From Macrostomum lignano (Eukaryota): a stretch of DNA of 64,000 bases. The stretch spans positions 744,001 to 808,000 of the forward strand of contig NIVC01000158.1 in assembly GCA_002269645.1 (NCBI GenBank). Reading direction: 5' to 3'. The notes under the pieces are model-generated. The model did not search any database. It saw only the letters and a list, made by a program, of their open reading frames with translations, and was not told where the DNA came from. The translations under genes and the position numbers were made by a program. How positions within the stretch are numbered: position 1 is the first letter of the stretch; every line of letters begins with the position of its first letter. Of the stretch, positions 60,801-64,000 are shown in pieces.

Positions 60801-61932
60801 TGGAACCGCTACATCTTGTCGTTTTTTAGGAGTCGTCTAGAGTCACTTCTTTCCTATTTTACCTGTGTAAAAGGTGTAAAACCTTTACCTGCAAAAACTC
60901 TGGGGCGACACAAGTGACTCTGGGACGCTTCTTTATGTAGCTCCTGACCTCTCAGCCTTGACACCTCAGCAATTGCCTCCCATAAGCCTCAACATCTCAA
61001 AGCCCCATTAGCCTTAACATCCCAGCAATTCCCCCAGTAAGCCTTGACATCTCAGCAATTCCCCCAGTAAGCCTTGACATCTCAGCAATTCCCCCAGTAA
61101 GCATTGATGTCTCAGCAATTCCCCCAGTAAGCCTTGACATCTCAGCAATTCCCCCAGTAAGCCTTGACATCTCAGCAATTCCCCCAGTAAGCCTTGACAT
61201 CTCAGCAATTCCCCCAGTAAGCCTTGACATCTCAGCAATTCCCCCATCGCAGTAACAGTTCAGTACCACACCGCCTACCTACCTGTACTTAATACATTCC
61301 ATACTCCTAATTATGGATCTGCTATCGCTAACCATCGCAGAATATCCCCCCCCAACAGGCGAGCAATCCGCCACCTGTCAGTGGGCGGCCGGCCGGCCGA
61401 CCTGAGCTCCGACCGGCACGGCAACGTGTTGGTCAGCCTGGCCGCCAGCCGCCAGGTCAAAGTGTTCGACCCGCTGCTCACCCGCTGCCTGTACGCCTTC
61501 AACTTGGACAGCTGGTCGCCGCCGGTCGGTGCCAGCGAGGAACCGGCGACTGCAACACCAGAAGCAGCAGCTGCCGACAATCGGAACGGCGAAATCGAAA
61601 TCGAAGAAGAAGAGGAGGATGAAGATGATGAAGAACAGTACATCGGCGGAGGCTGGGACTCGTCGCCGGGCTCGGCATCATCGGCCGCCTCGTCGGCATT
61701 CTCGCTGTCGGCTGCTCCGCCTCTGCCGTCGGTTGGCGAGTTTCTGTTCTCCGGCATGTCGGACGGTCGACGCCGGCGTCGATTTGTTGTCGCCGGATTT
61801 GGCGGCGGCGGCGGCGGCGGTGGCATCGGCGGTCCGGGCGACTGCCTGCAGGGCATTGCGCTGGACCCGTTGACCAGGCGGATCTTCGCCGCCGATGCGA
61901 GGCGACAGTGCCTGCTGGCCTATCAGCTGTGA
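57900..61932 (+). CDS. TRIM-NHL-type RING E3 ligase (RING, B-box-like, coiled coil, NHL propeller), 3 exons
   Basis: Exon 1 57900-58883 (CPVC...CGHAFCRRC...CPVC RING; C-x7-CTDC-x4-CRAHH B-box-like; helical region), phase-0 intron, exon 2 59634-60532 (IFATDSANNRVMAF; FQRPLGLCVDNEALYVVDSGNCRVQIF; LVVSDRDTERLFLFD), phase-2 intron, exon 3 61359-61932 (PADLSSDRHGNVLVS...VKVFD; LQGIALDPLTRRIFAAD). NHL consensus is clear; the orthologue cannot be assigned. Confidence 0.87.
59010..59530. repeat. 35-bp minisatellite (CTCTGATCGGCCCTCAAAACCGCTTTGAGAATGGT)n in TRIM intron 1
   Basis: Seen directly. Confidence 0.93.
60950..61245. repeat. 30-bp minisatellite (CTCAGCAATTCCCCCAGTAAGCCTTGACAT)n in TRIM intron 2
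   Basis: Seen directly. Confidence 0.92.
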
Positions 61933-62046
61933 GTTGGCTGGTTAGCCTGAGGGGGGGAATTTAACGGTTTGTGTGGGATTTTTGTTGGAATATCCATCCC
62001 TATAGATTGATGTTAGTGCTATTAGCTGAACAATTAATCATCAAAA

Positions 62047-62240
62047 GAGCGGGTTGCAGCCTAGTGGCTAGAGCGTCGGACTCACGTTTGAAAGGTCCGG
62101 GGTTCGATTCTTGATCCACGCAACTCTGGATTGTCTCAGTTCGCCCAGCTGTAAAATGGGTGCCTGGGGTAATTGAGGATGTGTGTGTGTGTGGCGACTG
62201 AACAGCTGAGCTGTCGGTTGCACACCTGCCCATTGGGTGT
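62047..62240 (+). mobile_element. tRNA-derived SINE, internally deleted copy of the 54874 family
   Basis: A box (cagcctagtggctagagc), tgaaaggtccgggGTTCGATTC B box, CCCAGCTGTAAAATGGGTGCCTGGGGTAATTGA, GCTGAGCTGTCGGTTGCACA..CCATTGGG and an AT-rich tail. Confidence 0.82.
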
Positions 62241-63135
62241 AATTAATAATTATTATTACGATAAAAGACTATAGAAGAAAGCAGCTATTACTTCTTAGTG
62301 CTAGTATAGTTTGCTTTCCATTAGAGCATTGGAAATTCAGCTAGACTTGTGTATATAGTTTACTGTCTGTAATCTAGGCGCGGATTCAAATTCGATTTGT
62401 TACAACAAACTTATACAAAACCAGCTCTATGCCTAGACTGTTTTATTCGTTATTATAATTTCTTGAGCTTTAGCCTGAAAAAGAGTATAAATTAGTCTAA
62501 AAGCTACTTCGGGGTGGAAATTTCAACATGCTGCTGAATGTTTACATTGTTTACTATCGACTTACTCTGTTGCTTGTCTTGACATTTTGTGTTGTCTATT
62601 AAATTTTAGCATTTTCTTAAAATCCCGACAAGAAACTGGCTGCTATAATGTTGAACTGTAGGCATCCATTGTAGGGTAACTTCTGTGAGTACGCGATCAG
62701 CTGATCGGTTGCATCGCTGATTGACAGGCGCTTCCAAACAAATATTGTGCGCTGTTATTGCATTTTTGATCTGTCGTCTAGCTTTCAAAATTGCATTACT
62801 GTTAGTAATATTTTAAGGAAACAATTGGCTATAGTTACAATTAGTGTCAATTGTTTGACAAACAAATCGAAATTGTAGCTGATTTTGTTTTTAAGTAACT
62901 GTGCCGTGTAATTAAGTTCTTATTCTTTAATTTTGCTTTCCTTATTTTCATTTTTAAGCGATGAGTTTCTTCGCTTAGAAAAATCAAATATAAAAAATTA
63001 ATCGCAAGCTTAGTTAAAGCTTGTAGTTTTAATTCTGTAATCAGAATGTATTACTTATTACTTATATTTGGTTGGTTTACAGAATTGCGATGCACTTAAC
63101 AGTAAATTATATCCTGCTTTCTGTAGTTTATTACT

Positions 63136-63136
<1 letters not shown>

Positions 63137-63231
<95 letters not shown>

Positions 63232-63860
63232 AACAGACAGACAAAAAGACAGACAGACAGACAAAAAGACAGACTGACAGACAGACAGACAGACAGACAG
63301 ACACCGTGGAGACAGATAGGCAGGCAGGCAGGCAGACAGACACACCGAGACAGATAGGCAGACAGACAGACAAAAAGACAGACAGACACACCGAGACAGA
63401 TAGGCAGGCAGGCAGACAAAAAGACAGACAGACACACCGAGACAGATAGGCAGGCAGGCAGACAGACAGACAGACACACCGAGACAGATAGGCAGGCAGA
63501 CAGACAGACAAAAAGACAGACAGACACACCGAGACAGATAGGCAGGCAGACAGACAGACAGACACACCGAGACAGATAGGCAGGCAGACAGACAGACACA
63601 CCGAGACAGATAGGCAGGCAGACAGACAGACACACCGAGACAGATAGACAGGCAGGCAGGCAGACAAAAAGACAGACAGACACACCGAGACAGATAGGCA
63701 GGCAGACAGACACCCGAGACAGATAGGCAGACAGACAGACAAAAAGACAGACAGACACACCGAGACAGATAGGCAGACAGACAGACAAAAAGACAGACAG
63801 ACACACCGAGACAGATAGGCAGGCAGGCAGACAGACAGACAGAGAGACAGACAGGCAGGC
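63137..63860. repeat. (GACA)n-derived compound array with higher-order CACACCGAGACAGATAGGCAGGCAGACAGA units
   Basis: Seen directly. Confidence 0.93.
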
Positions 63861-64000
63861 ACAAGGCAGACAAACAAGGCAATCAGTCATGCCCATTCCA
63901 CTGACTCGAATCAAAACTCGAATCAGATGCCAAAATCCCGGGTCAATGTTTGTACACGAGCCCCATAATATACGTAAAAAAATTGAAACGGCTACGCATG

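Overview
Eukaryotic, intron-rich animal DNA. Gene style, the GC-rich exons and the very high tandem-repeat load resemble a free-living flatworm such as Macrostomum, but this is an inference and was not verified. Four spliced genes were reconstructed by hand from GT-AG junctions with consistent reading phase: (1) a ~32 kb minus-strand GABA-B receptor subunit-2-like class C GPCR with about 21 exons (36018->3980, possible alternative last exon 1890->1610); (2) a RASL10-like small GTPase with a CaaX end (38941-40096, +); (3) cytochrome c oxidase subunit 4 (55222-56377, +); (4) a RING/B-box/coiled-coil/NHL TRIM-NHL protein (57900-61932, +). There is also an intronless orphan ORF (48241-49119, +). 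By rough tally about a third of the window is micro/minisatellite, and nearly all long ORFs in the supplied track are repeat artefacts. Mobile elements: a foldback/Mutator-type element with a 9-bp TSD, two hAT-type non-autonomous elements (786 bp and only 46 bp) with 8-bp TSDs, two copies of a tRNA-derived SINE and a decayed LINE RT 3' fragment. The most unusual structure is a ~2.5 kb mirror-symmetric inverted element whose arms are an ~85-bp unique sequence plus GATA/GACA microsatellite arrays (42908-45456). No CRISPR array, rRNA or intact tRNA gene was found.
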